Source of the DNA: Malacoraja senta
Taxonomy: Eukaryota
Reading direction: 5' to 3'
Length of the DNA stretch: 64,000 nucleotides
Assembly: GCA_038087875.1 (NCBI GenBank)
Contig: CM075990.1
Span: forward strand, 7,876,001 to 7,940,000
Position numbers and translations under genes: made by a program. The notes under the pieces are model-generated. The model searched no databases, was not told the origin of the DNA, and saw only the letters and a list, made by a program, of their open reading frames with translations. Below are positions 38,745 to 50,714 of the stretch, piece by piece. The stretch's first letter is position 1. The number at the start of each line of letters is the position of its first letter.

Positions 38745-38881
38745 TTGTACACTGTGGTCCAGCACGTGAAGCACTTCAATGATGTGGTGGAATTTGGAGA
38801 AAACCAAGAGTTTACAGATGACATTGAGTACTTGCTCAGTGGATTGAAGTGCTCTCAGCCTCTCAACACACGCTGCCTTAG
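38745..38881 (+). CDS. WAPL: WAPL coding exon, 137 nt, start of the C-terminal WAPL (HEAT-like) domain ([45 protein letters not shown])
   Basis: Acceptor tttcAG|TTG and donor TAG|GTATGT; phase 0 to 2; near-identical to vertebrate WAPL. Confidence 0.96.
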
Positions 38882-39556
38882 GTATGTTGCTGTGCATAGA
38901 GTCTCACTGTTTAGGTACTCTTCATTTTGGTTGATGTATTCTTTGTGATTATTCTTTTCAATATACAGCAGATTTGGTTGGTGTCAATATACTGCAGATT
39001 TTACCTGCACTGTGTGAGTGATTGAGGGAGAAGATTAGTGTATTGGTTGTACAGAAAATGGCCCTGATTGTCACATACCAAAAGCTCTACCTGAACTGGA
39101 AATTATATCTCTGTGATTTATCGAATGGGTTCACTCAGGTATTCTGGTTTCAGGGGTGTAAGTCTCACACTGTAATATATTTATTATGCATATATTGATG
39201 TATGTATATACGAGACCTTTGGACAGGTACATGGATAGGAAAGGTTTAGAGGGATATGAGCCAAATACATGCAGGTGGGACTAGTGTGGATGGGGCCTCT
39301 TGTTCAGCATGGGCAAGTTGGGCTGATGGGCCTGTTTCTATGCTGTATGACTCTGACTGTTACCATATATTGAGCAATAGAATGGCCCTTCCACACAGTT
39401 GAAAGGGCAGTGCTGTGTAAATTCTTGTCTGTATGTTGCAACAGAAAGAGGAGATTTTTTTGGTCCAATTTGAGCTTTCTCTGTATCCTGGCCCTCATTC
39501 TCCCTTGACCAGCATTTGCAAACTGATTTAACTGCTCATCAATTTCATTAAGGTTG

Positions 39557-40792
39557 GACACAAAATGCTGGAGTTACTCAGTGGGTCAGGCGGCATCTCT
39601 GGAGAAAATGAAATATAGTGTGACGTTTCAGGTTGGGGCCCTTCTTCAGACCGATTGTCGGTGGGGGGTGGGGGGGGAGCAGAAACAAGAAACTATCCGT
39701 GCGGCACAGTGGCATAACGGTAGAGCTTCTGCCTTACAGCGGCAGAGACCCGGGTTCAATCCTGACTACGGGTCCTTGTCTATAGAGTTTGTAAGTTCTC
39801 CCTGTGACCTGTGTGGGCTTTCTCCAAGATCTTCAGTTTCCTCCCACACTCAAGACGTACAGGTTTGTAGGGTAATTGCCTTGGCATGAATGTAAAATTG
39901 TCCTTTGTGTGTGGAGGGTAGTATTAAAGTGCAGGAATCGCTGGTGAACCGAAGGGCGCTGTATCTCTAAACTAAACTTTAAAAGAAAGTCAGGGCCAGC
40001 AACAGATGACCTCGGGCATGGTGGCTCCCTGATGATAGGCCAATTGTTGACTAGGGCCAGTGTGATCCCAAGGGATCATTGTTGTAAACTGGAACAGGTT
40101 AACTGACCTTTAGTGGAGGAAGAGGATGGCAAGAGGGGGGAAAGTGAGGGGAGGGAAGTGAGTGTAGAAGTTACCTAAAATTAATGAATGCAACATTCAT
40201 ACTGCTGGATTGTAAGCTAGCCAAGCAAAATATGAGGTGCTGTTCCTCCAATGTACGCATGACCTCGCTCTGAAAATGGAGGAGGTCCAGGATAGAAAAA
40301 TCAGTATGGGAATGGGCAAGGGGGTTAAAATGGTCAGCTGCCGGGAGAGCCAGTAAGCCTTGATGAACCGAGTCAAAGTGTTCAGCTTACAACCCAGTGG
40401 TATGAATGTTGAATTCTCTAATTTTAGTTAAGTTTTACATTTACATACGCTCCCCTCCCCCATCTCCTCACATTTTTTCCCCACTTCCTCCACTAAATGT
40501 TGGTTACCCAGTTCCACAGTTCACAAGGATGTATCCCTGTTGGGATCACACCATCCTAACCAACAATTGATCTGTCAGGGAACCACCCTGCCTGAGATCG
40601 TCTTTTGCTGGCCTTTATTTGTCCTGGTCTTCCAGTTCTCCCCCACCCCCTCTACAATCAGTCTGTAGAAGGGTCCCAACCAGAAATGGCACCTATCCAC
40701 ATTCTCCAGATATGCTGCCTGACCCGCTGAATTACTCCAGCATTTTGTGTTTATCTTTGGTATAAACCAGCACCTGCACTTTTTTAAAATTA
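39557..40792. mobile_element. Inverted pair of Penelope-like 3' fragments, with a SINE inserted in the left arm
   Basis: 39980-40385 (- strand) and 40386-40792 (+ strand) are mutually reverse-complementary; terminal repeats at both outer ends. Confidence 0.75.
39699..39978 (+). mobile_element. V-SINE/HE1-like tRNA-derived SINE
   Basis: A box gtggcataacggtag, B box ggttcaatcct, central gagtttgtaagttctccc domain and tctctaaactaaac tail. Confidence 0.82.
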
Positions 40793-40847
40793 CATTAGGG
40801 TCAAGTGTTCAGAATAGCTTAAGAATATGCAAGGTCGTGGATGATTT

Positions 40848-41012
40848 TGAGAGAGTTAGATATATCTCTTCGGGCTAACGGAATTAAGGGATATGAGGAG
40901 AAAGCAGGAACGGTGCACTGATTTTGGATGATCAGCCATGATCATATTGAATGGCAGCTGGCTCGAAGGGCCGAATAGCCTACTCCTGCACCTATTTACT
41001 CTGTTTCTATGT
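40848..41012 (+). mobile_element. CR1-type LINE 3' tail
   Basis: gatcagccatgatcatattgaatggc...gctcgaagggccgaatagcctactcctgcacct. Confidence 0.78.
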
Positions 41013-41278
41013 ACGCCATAAATAAAGTACTTTGTGTTCCCACATCCTTCACAGCATCTCAAAGTTTGATTATTGCAGTTTGTATTAAAAGAAGTGTGTG
41101 TGTCTGACCATCTAATTCAAGTTACATTTTCTTTCCTATCTGATCATCTGGTTGATGTTCCCTGCATTCAGACAGACGATCATGCTGGACCATTTGTTGT
41201 CTGTGTTAAACTGTGCCAGTACAGTTGATACTGGTGAAGCATGACAGTATCAGGAGATTTAAATTATTGTTGTACCAA

Positions 41279-41495
41279 AGGGCCTGTCCCACTTGGGCGT
41301 CATTTACGCCACATCATTTATGCGTCAAGACACACGGCGCACGTGTTGTGACGCGCACATGATGCGCGCATGGCGTGCATTACGCTCGCATGGTGCGTAG
41401 GCAGTGGCGCACGGTGCCCCAGGATTTTGGGATTCACAAAATCTTCGCGCGCCATCTGCGTGACGCGCAAATGATGCCCAAGTGGGACAGGCCCT
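41279..41495. mobile_element. PIF/Harbinger-type MITE, 217 bp, CpG-rich
   Basis: TIR AGGGCCTGTCCCACTTGGGCGTCATTT / AAATGATGCCCAAGTGGGACAGGCCCT; flanks CAA/TAA. Confidence 0.85.
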
Positions 41496-42228
41496 TAACT
41501 CTGCTGATTCAGTATTGGAAGCAGATTGGAGCGGAGACAACCCTGCATGCAGCATAAATGTGTCAGAGAGGCACTGGATAGAAATAGATTTAAACCAACC
41601 GTCCTTTAATCCTATCCTTATGCTAAACAATTGTGCTAAAACTTCACATGCTGTGGCTCTGTGATCATGTTCACACCATTCTGTGCTCTTTGTTACAGAT
41701 CCTTCACCTTGTTTCAAGTCCAGTTTAAAACCAGTTACTTTTGTGGTTGTTTGCATTTCAGCGATGATTTAGATGCTTGTGTATTAAACTGCCAGTAATC
41801 TGATATCACCACAGTGAGCAAATCTCTGCTTAGTCATTGTGTAAGCTTGGATATAACTAAAAATAACATTGTTCGTGGCAGTCGCACTGCAGCTCACATT
41901 GGAACTTGGTCCTGTATCTTGTTTATTGGGTTGCCAAGTAATTGTTTTTAAGATAATCTTGCTTCAATGGAGAATTTGTTTTTGGAAGAGATGATGGCGC
42001 AGTACACTTTCAATCAATTTAGCAGCATTAGTACACAGTATCTCATTGTACATCAGTGCCAGTTGATATGTAATGCTTTGTGTTATATCAGTGCCAGTAG
42101 TATTTAAAAGGCCATGGTTAATCAGTGCCAGTGCTTTCTATCTTCAATCCATGTGGCTGTTTATTTAAAATGCTATCCAACTGGTTGGAAGAAGTGTAAA
42201 TGAATTGCTGTTTCCCCTTGAAGAATTG

Positions 42229-42543
42229 GGCAGCAGCATGGTGGTGCAGCGATAGAGTTGCTGCCTTACACTGCTTATAGCACCAGAGACCCGGATTCGA
42301 TCCCGACTACAGGTGCTATCTGTACGGAGTTTGTACGTTCTCCCCGTGACCGCATGGGTTTTCTCCGAGATCTTCGGTTTCCTCTCACACTTCAAAGATG
42401 TACGGGCTTGTAAGTTAATTGGATTGGTCTAAATGTAATTTGTCCCAAGTGTATGTCGGATAGTGTTAATGTGCGGAGATCGCTGGTCGGCGCGGACTCA
42501 CTGGGCCGAAGGGCCTGTTTCCGCGCTGTATCTAACAAACTAA
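42229..42543 (+). mobile_element. V-SINE/HE1-like tRNA-derived SINE, best-preserved copy
   Basis: A box tggtgcagcgatag, B box ggattcgatccc, central gtacggagtttgtacgttctccccgtgacc domain, and a CR1-like 3' tail tgggccgaagggcctgtttcc. Confidence 0.85.
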
Positions 42544-43846
42544 TTTCTGTAACTCTCTGAATGGTGGGAAGGTAAGAGGTTTAAAGAGCAAGTGTTGTAT
42601 CTGACATGGTTGCACAGGAGAATGCTGTGAAATGGGGAGTGGCTTGTGGACACAGAGTGGCAGAAGCATCAGTTTCTTTGAATGCTCGGAGGGCTGGAAA
42701 TAAGATGTGGAGACAAGAGACTTGTCTCCACATCTGTCTCCACATGCTGGAATCCAAAGTGAAAAACGAACTACTGGAGGAATTCAGTGGGCCGAGCAGC
42801 ATCTGCAGAGGAAAAGGAAAGTCGTCACTTTGGGTCAAGATCCTTCATCTGGACCAGTCAAATGCCCACTTTCCTCCACAGATGTTGCCTGGCCCACTGA
42901 ATTCCTCCAGCAACTCTTTTCCTGCAGGAGATATGTTGAAATTCCATTGAAGGGGAGGACAAGGCAAGCTCTATTCCAACTGTAAGAGAATAGGGGTGAG
43001 CGGGAAGTGAATACACGGATTAAACATTTCAAGCCCCTGGAGAAACAGGATGGAAAGAGGTGTACTCGAATTACCTGTGGGAGTCGTCAGGATTTTAATG
43101 GGTATTAATTCCCAATTTCACTGAAATGCGTTGGGATGTATCAAATAGAAGAGTGGCCCATGGTGCATTTGAAAATGGGAATACATTGGAAATGGGATGC
43201 AAAATTATGAAACCTTCAGAGGAATGAGAATTTCTTCTAGCTGTTAAACAATTTTTCCCTTGATTCCTCCCACTTCAGATAAATTAAAGCTGTAGCTGTG
43301 AGCACTCACATGGGTCCTAGCCTCTTAGCTGCCTCTGGTGATTGTTGACCACAGCGTGTAGTAGCTGAGCAGTTGCCTCAGCAAGATGTAGAGTGCTGTC
43401 ATGGTGACTGATTCTTTCGGTCTTTGGCTTTCATGCCCAGTGTATGCTGAAGGAACAGCATCCCATTCTCAAGTTGGGCACGTTCCTGCCTGAGGGGTGA
43501 ATGTTGATATTAATTTCAGATTTACATTTTTTCACCTCTGTATACATGTACATGACTGCATATTTCAGTTCACATCCATTCTAACCCTTCCCTCTTATTT
43601 TAAAAATGCTTGTTTTCTCACATCTCCAATTTTGATGGAGTCCAAGACCCAAAGAACTGACTTTTATCTCTCCATAGGTGCTGTTTGACCTGCTGAGTAC
43701 TCACAGGACTTTACTTTTGTCTCTGATTTCCAGCGTCTACTTTTTTTTGTTCCAGTGTATAAGTTGCTGGTTTGGTCCTATTGCCTATGTGCATATGAAA
43801 GGGCTGGTGGCTCCTTTTTAAGTCTTGCATTTGATTTGTCTTTCAG

Positions 43847-43958
43847 TATTATCAGCTTGGCCACCAAGTGTGCCATGCCCAGTTTCCGAATGCACCTGAG
43901 AGCTCATGGAATGGTAGCCATGGTCTTCAAGACACTAGACGATGCACAAAAGAACCAG
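43847..43958 (+). CDS. WAPL: WAPL coding exon, 112 nt ([38 protein letters not shown])
   Basis: Acceptor tttcAG|T and donor CAG|GTAGAG; phase 2 to 0. Confidence 0.96.
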
Positions 43959-44239
43959 GTAGAGTCTCATTGTTCAATGTTCAGAGGAAGTGTTAATAAC
44001 AATTATTGTGGTATATCATTCCAAGTTCCAAAATACTTCCAAGTATTGCTAACATGAACTTGCACGGAATCACATGTGGTTAAACAGATTGGGTTCCAGG
44101 AAGGATTTAAGAATAGAAAGCATGAGAGATATAAAGGGGTGAATGCTGGAGCTTGGAGCCTTGGCAACAAATGTTGGAGTGATCAAAATCAGGGGCGTGC
44201 TCAGAAAGCAGAACTGAGAGAGTCCAATGATCTGTCGGT

Positions 44240-44478
44240 TAGAGGGGATTCTCCCTGTGTCCACATGGGCTTCCTCCGGGTGATCCGGTTTCCTCCCAAA
44301 TCCCAAAGATGTGTGGGTTTGTAGGTTAATTGGCCTCTGCAGATTTCCCTCACAGGGAGTGGATATGAAAGTGGGATAACATAGAACTTGTGTAAACAGG
44401 TGATCGATGGTCGATCGATGGACTTAGAGGGCTGAAGGATCTGTTTCCATGCTATATCTCTAAACTAAAACTAAACAT
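44240..44478 (+). mobile_element. 5'-truncated V-SINE/HE1-like SINE
   Basis: ttctccctgtgtccacatgggcttcctccggg...tctctaaactaaaactaaac. Confidence 0.75.
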
Positions 44479-44673
44479 ACAAACTAATACGTAAGGTAGT
44501 GTTGGTAACAATCTTGGTGACATTGCCTTTAGTAGTGTCTATGTTTTTGTTACCTGTAGGATGTCCGTGCTCCCAGACCCCTAACGAGAATTTGGTGTCC
44601 ATGCTCATTGTCCTACTTTAGTCCTTGTGTGCCCATTTGTTGAATCTGTCATTTTTTTGTTCTGGGTTGTCAG

Positions 44674-44898
44674 AATCTAGCTCTTTGCACGGCAGCACTA
44701 ATGTACATCCTGAGCCGAGATCGGCTGAACATGGATCTGGATCGAGCCAGTCTGGACCTGATGATTCGCCTCCTGGAGTTGGATCAGGAGCCATGCTCGC
44801 GTCAATTGAACGAGAAAGAAATGAAAAAGATAAAGGAGAAAATCCGCAAGCTCTGTGAGACTGTTCACAACCGGCATCTGGACCTGGAGAATATCACG
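44674..44898 (+). CDS. WAPL: WAPL coding exon, 225 nt ([36 protein letters not shown]...HLDLENIT)
   Basis: Acceptor gtcAG|AAT and donor ACG|GTAAGA; phase 0/0. Confidence 0.96.
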
Positions 44899-45367
44899 GT
44901 AAGAAGATGCAGCCTCCTATCTGTCTGCTTTAATTGCTGTTTAAAGGAGGTGTGGTGCAGTCAGTGGCTTATTGATACTTAATAAAGGGTAGACATGATA
45001 TGTCATTGCATTGCTGAAGATGGCTCTGCTTGACTCTGGTGATTCCTCATATTCTAATTCAATAGCAGACAAGAAATATAGTGACTGTCCTGACTTTTTT
45101 TAACAAAGTTTTCCAACTTCTTTGGTACCATTGGAGCTCTACTGTTGATGTCCAGTAACATAGAGGGAATATAATGTCCCTTCATGACTTTTTACAAACT
45201 CCTTATCTTCTTGGTTAATATTGGACTCCACTGTTGAGATTATGAGTATCATTGTAACAAATGCAGCCTCATGCAGCATTATGGCTTGTGTGTCATAAAA
45301 TTTGCCCTAGTCGTATGGCACAATGGTGGCGAAGCAGTTAAATTACAGGAGTGGTAAACTGGAGAAT

Positions 45368-45668
45368 AATCTCACCAGGGCAGCTGTGGAATTTAAAATT
45401 ACTTAGCAAGCTGGAATTGTATGAAGAGACTGTCATTAACAAAGATGACATTTATAAGCTTCAAGGTAACTAAAACCTCAACTGGCTCACTAATGTCGTT
45501 TCAGGTATGAAAACTTACATCCTTGACATGTCTGACCTTATCGTGACTTGAGACCCATTGATGAGGTTGACTGTTAAATACCCTCTGAAATGCACGCCAC
45601 TAAGATCAGAAGCAATTAGGGACGGGCAATAACTGTCGTTAGCGAGGACCAAATCACACGGAATAACT
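45368..45668 (+). mobile_element. Old SINE-like repeat, family not determined
   Basis: ggcagctgtggaatttaaa...ctggctcactaatgtc...ccctctgaaatg...caattagggacgggcaataa resembles a common chondrichthyan SINE; recognised from memory. Confidence 0.5.
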
Positions 45669-46589
45669 GAATTGGAAACTAAATTGCATTTACAGACTAA
45701 TTACAGGAAAACTTGTTGAAGGCAGCAAGTAATCAAAATGAACGTGCTGCACTTCAGGCCAAGGCTGGCAGCTCAAGTTGCTAGTTTGTTTTAAAAATAG
45801 CTCGGTTGAAGAGCTTAGTTAAAACATCTTCAATCATTACACGGGCTCTGTGAACTCAGTTTTCCCTCGTAATGTTCACATGTCAGGGTGTAAAAATGTT
45901 GCTCGGGTCACATTGTGATGGGAGGTTGGAGGTGGAAGAAGAGGAGCTGGCAATGGGGAGGAGTGAAAATGGAGGAGGAGGAAAGGAGGCAGAAAGTAAG
46001 GAGAGTGTGCAGTTGTACAGTGAGAGAGTGTGCAGTGGAAGAAGTGGTTTGGGTGAGAGGAGAAGGGACCTTCAGGGAAGAGGTGGAGGAGGGAGCGGAT
46101 GTTGGGAGATGGGATGAAACTGGAGCTGTAGATGGAAGGGTCTATGACAATGCAAGGCTGCCAAGGGATGGAGTAGGACAGGGTCACAGAGACTGACAGC
46201 TCTGCTGTTGCCCACTCCATGTTGTGAGCATGCGGCTGCTCGGAAGGTGCAGCCTTTGTGATTCCATTCTCGAGTTCAAAATAATTGCTCCAGTTATTCA
46301 CTAATAAATGTAAACCTGAGCTCTGTTCCACCCCTCCTTGTCTATCTACGATGTTCTTTTGAACACGAGAGGTCATTTGAAGTGGGCAGGTAAAATTATT
46401 GACACAACCATTTACCTGATTGGAGTTATCTGTTTTGCCATCATTAAGCATACTGAGCTTTTATATCCAAAAGCTCTAAACCTAATGACCAAATATAAAC
46501 ATTACGAGGTTTGTGTTCTTCATGCGCTTTCCAGTTGCTGGCTTTATAAAGTCTGACCCACTGGCTTTTTCAACATGTTTAGGGGTTAA

Positions 46590-46766
46590 AGGGCTTGTCC
46601 CACTTGGGAGTTATTTGTGCGTCATTTACGCGACATCATTTATGCGTCATGCGCATGGCGAGTGGTGAGACGTGATGGCGTTGGCAGTGACTCGCGCGCC
46701 CCAGGATTTCGGGATTCACTAAATCTTCGCGCGCCACCTACTTGACGCCTAAGTGGGACAGGCCCT
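46590..46766. mobile_element. PIF/Harbinger-type MITE, 177 bp (same subfamily as 41279)
   Basis: TIR AGGGCTTGTCCCACTT / AAGTGGGACAGGCCCT; TSD TAA at 46587-46589 and 46767-46769; shared interior gccccaggattt.gggattcac.aaatcttcgcgcgcca. Confidence 0.87.
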
Positions 46767-47150
46767 TAACAATGCAAACAAACGCCACTATGTTAGGGAT
46801 TTGCCAAGGACTGGGAAAGGTCGTGCAACATCATGACTTTCTTAATCACTTGCAACTCAGAACGACAAGTGAGAAGAGACTTAAATGAGGATGGGTTTCA
46901 AATGTTAATTGTGCATATTCACAAGTGTCATACTGTCAAAGGTCAAGTGCCAAAGGAAGCATTAAACTGGAAGAAGAGTGCAAAAGAATAATGCTGTTGG
47001 CCGCAGAAGAGTTCCGTGCTTGTAGATGCCTGATAGTTGATGCTAGCCCCACAAAATGTTGCATTATTTTGTGGGACCTGGTCTATTAAACAATTTGAGG
47101 GATTATGCTGTGCCTTTCTTGGGTTTAAAACTGAATCTTTTTTTGGACAG

Positions 47151-47262
47151 ACGGGACATTTGGCAATGGAGACGCTGCTTTCCCTCACATCCAAGCGAGC
47201 GGGCGACTGGTTTAAAGAGGAATTGAGACTCTTGGGAGGATTGGATCACATTGTGGATAAAG
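47151..47262 (+). CDS. WAPL: WAPL coding exon, 112 nt ([37 protein letters not shown])
   Basis: Acceptor ggacAG|ACG and donor AAG|GTACAT; phase 0 to 1. Confidence 0.96.
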
Positions 47263-47581
47263 GTACATGTCTACACAGAATTAGAGTGGGTACTTTTACA
47301 TTTTCACAGAATCCCTCCAAATGCAAGCATGATTCTTCCTTCTCTTGGTAGCTGCCAATGGTAGCAGTCACAATCTATTAATGTCCAGGTTTTTAAGCTA
47401 GTTCATTGCATCTATTGTAATTGACTACCCTGAAAGGTAAGAGTGGGAAGTGTTTGACAATGTGTTCCATTGTTTGACAACTTAAGTAGCAATGAGGATT
47501 TTTAAAGTTTCATCAATTTAAAATGTGGGCAGGTCTTACTTTTCCAAGAGCAAAAGCCTGGATGTTAGAAATCTGAAATAT

Positions 47582-47785
47582 GTTCATGCGATAGGAGCGG
47601 AATTAGGCCATTCTGCCCATCAAGTTTACGCCATTTAATTATGGCTGATTTATCTATCCTTCTTAACCCCATTCTCCTGCGTACTCCCCATAACCCCTGA
47701 CACCTGTACTAATCAAGTATTTTTCTATCTCTGCTTAAAAATATCCATTAATGGCCTCCACAGCCCTTTGTGGCAATGAATTCCC
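47582..47785 (-). mobile_element. CR1-type LINE 3' tail
   Basis: ataggagcggaattaggccattc...ccccataacccctgacacc. Confidence 0.72.
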
Positions 47786-48344
47786 ATGAATATAAGCTGA
47801 AAATGCTGGAATAATTCACAGGTTGACAGCATCTATAGAGAAAGACAGTTCGCAAAGATCATCGACCACAAACATTACCTCTTTCCGCTTTTGTGGCAGA
47901 TGTTTTATTTGGGTCCTGTTTCTGTCTGGAGGCTCCAAACATATTTGCTCCATTGAGACATCCACAATTGTTTGGTATTAAATATGGTATCTCATTGGAA
48001 TCTTTCCCCATCTTAAATATAAACCTGCATCTGCAGTTCCTTCCTACACATTTTATATTTTGGGAATTTGTTTTATTTTCCTCAAAATTATCTGTTGAGT
48101 GTGCTGCAAAGAATTGAAGATGTTTTAAATATGAATATCTACATACACCAGTTCAATGGATTTCTACATTGCAAGGGATTAGAGCTTGTGTTGTTTTCCA
48201 TCCTCTTGGAGATTTTGGACTTATTTTCATTCGAGTCATTTTTCTAAAGTTGATAGCATTCAGTTTTCTAATCTGAGTCTTCAGTCTTCAGTCTGAGAAG
48301 AAAAGTCAATCCTCATCATCTTAAATATTGTTCTACATTCACAG

Positions 48345-48442
48345 TGAAAGAATGTGCGGAACATTTGAATAAAAATGAGGAGCAGGACAAACTGGTTGCG
48401 ACGTTATGGGGCGCTGAGCGCTGTTTACGTGTGCTGGAGAGT
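48345..48442 (+). CDS. WAPL: WAPL coding exon, 98 nt ([33 protein letters not shown]); not in the ORF track
   Basis: Read by hand: acceptor cacAG|TG and donor AGT|GTAAGT; phase 1 to 0. [13 protein letters not shown] is conserved in WAPL. Confidence 0.95.
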
Positions 48443-49752
48443 GTAAGTATCACAGTGATGCACGGCATCCATTTTTAATTTGCATCTGGAGCATAAGTCA
48501 CAACAATGCTTGGCAGAATAGAGGATTGTTTCTTTCTGATATCTAAACCGCATTACTGGATATCATTCTTGCACTGTAATTGGCATACAAGGGCTCCATT
48601 TATCCAGCTTTCAGATGTCAGATGAGTTCACAGAATCAACGATTTATATCACAGGAGATAATTTGACCCATTCATGTCACTCCAAGGCAGCAGTATTCTA
48701 CCTACTCATTCCACACTTCCCTGCAAACAATACCTTTAAATTTTTACGCTCTTTCCTTCCGTTTTCCGTCATCTATCTGCATTGCCAAAAGTGCCCATGA
48801 TTAAATTTCCTATTTCCATGCCAAATGCCAAAACTATCGAAAAATAGATGTTATTAGATAGTTTAGATACTCTTATCTGTGCTGCCAGTTTTTTTCTACT
48901 ACTGTCTCTGCTGAACATTTGTAATAATGGGCCTAGTAATTAACCTGACATCTGCATTACTCTTTTTTTTCCTTCTTGGATTCCTCCTTTTTATCAAAAA
49001 TGACAGCAGGCTCTTGATCAGCTATGCCAATGGACTGAGCAATGGCTAATGGAGTTTAATGCAGATGCGCAAGGTGTTGCATTTTGGGAAGTCAACTCGG
49101 GGCTGGACCTTGGAGAAGGGTTCCGCATTATCACAATTCTTTTATCCCGCCTATAATTTCCCTGCAAATACATCCTATATCCTTCCCATTCATTGTATTT
49201 AGTGTTAGCTGTTTTATTTTAGCTGTCTTTGTTATTGTTGCATCATAATTCACATAGTTAATTGTGCCAACTGCTCCAACTTTGCTGGACGTTACAGTTT
49301 TCAGGCTCCTGCACCTTCTTCCCGATGGCAGTAGTGAAATGAGTCCATATGAACCCTCCATTAACTCACCTTGCACCCTTTTCCATTTTTTGGGGGCTGG
49401 TCTAAAACTACCCTACAACTACCCATGTAGATGGGGCATGTTGGGTCAAAGGGCCAGTTTCCATGCTGTATGACTCCTATGGTGGTTTTTATTCTCTTTT
49501 GCATTTCTTTTCCTTTTTCAATGTTACATCTGTTTCCATTTCCCTTTTCACTCTCCCTCCAATAATATGAGCAGATCCCGCCAGAACAATGGTTGCAATT
49601 CTGTTGAGGGTAAACTCGTCTGATCTGTGCAGGCTCCAGCTTCCTCTGAACTAGAGCAAAGATCCGAGGAAACTAAAGCCTTTGCTTCTGTCTAGCTGCT
49701 TATTCAAGCTACTGTCCTATTTCTGTACTTGCCAGTACATATAATGAAGGAA

Positions 49753-49873
49753 GGTACACAAAAATGCTGGAGAAACTCAGCGGGTGCAGCAGCATGTTTG
49801 ATGCTGCTGCACCCGCTGAGTTTCTCCAGCATTTTTGTGTACCTTCGATTTTCCAGCATCTGCAGTTCCTTAA
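49753..49873. mobile_element. Very short foldback Penelope-terminal-repeat element with TSD
   Basis: Perfect inverted arms of about 45 bp; ACATATAATGAAGGAA duplicated at 49737-49752 and 49874-49889. Confidence 0.86.
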
Positions 49874-49989
49874 ACATATAATGAAGGAAAGCTGGTTCTA
49901 AACTTTATTGTGTGTCTCCTTCGGCAACATTGCCACAAACTCTGCCCCAGCCATTGGTACAATGTGTGCTGCGCTCTATCACTCTAGAG

Positions 49990-50188
49990 CAAGGCTTTAC
50001 CCCAACCTGGGGTAAATTTCGCCTATCCAGGGGGTAAATTTGTTGATTCTGGATTTGTACACATTTTTTCTCATTGACATACCAGTATCTGTTCATCATT
50101 AGTTGCTCATAAATAAGTGAAATAGCATTGTCATGTGCTATTAAAGTTGCCTGGGGTAAACGGGATGAAAAAGGTTGGGGAAACTCTG
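49990..50188. mobile_element. hAT (Charlie-type) non-autonomous DNA transposon, 199 bp
   Basis: Imperfect TIR CAAGGCTTTACCCCAACCT / AGGTTGGGGAAACTCTG; 8-bp TSD CTCTAGAG at 49982-49989 and 50189-50196, the NTCTAGAN target typical of hAT-Charlie. Confidence 0.85.
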
Positions 50189-50714
50189 CTCTAGAGTCAT
50201 TTTCCCTCACATAAGTGCATTTTTCAAAATCCAGGGTTCACTTATGAGGGCAGTTATCCTTAACCATAAAATTGTGCTGAACCTTTCCAGGTTAAAAATG
50301 GTCCTCGAGAACTCAGCCATTCTCCTGGACTGGGTCTGTCACCAAAAGGCTTAGTACTACTTCACAGCACGATTAGTAACTCAATCCATTGATGGGATAA
50401 TGAAGGAAATATTTTGCTTGGGTCTCTGCAAATAATTCAATTCGTAACACCAATAACCCTACAATCCCACTCTGGGGTTCCAGGTTAAAAGATGATGGCT
50501 TTCCCCCTGTTGAGAAGCGCACAAACAATGGTGGGAAATTTAGAAACAAGGATGGGGAATGGTCCACTTAAGGTAAAATTCACAAATACTACGATACTAA
50601 GAAGCTAAGATACATTTGTAAGTACTTGAGCTGCAGTACTATGTTGCATTTTGCTGTTGTGATTTGGAAGTTGAATACTGAGATGGAACTTTGACTTCCC
50701 TTCAAAGGTTTGAC

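Noticed and set aside
42229..42310. tRNA gene
   Set aside because: The A/B boxes belong to a SINE head that continues into the SINE body and a LINE-like tail; there is no complete cloverleaf.
45872..46451. Overlapping ORFs (191 aa - and 93 aa +) in a purine-rich tract
   Set aside because: Low-complexity purine/pyrimidine asymmetry suppresses stop codons; probably a decayed L2-like fragment, with no protein motif.
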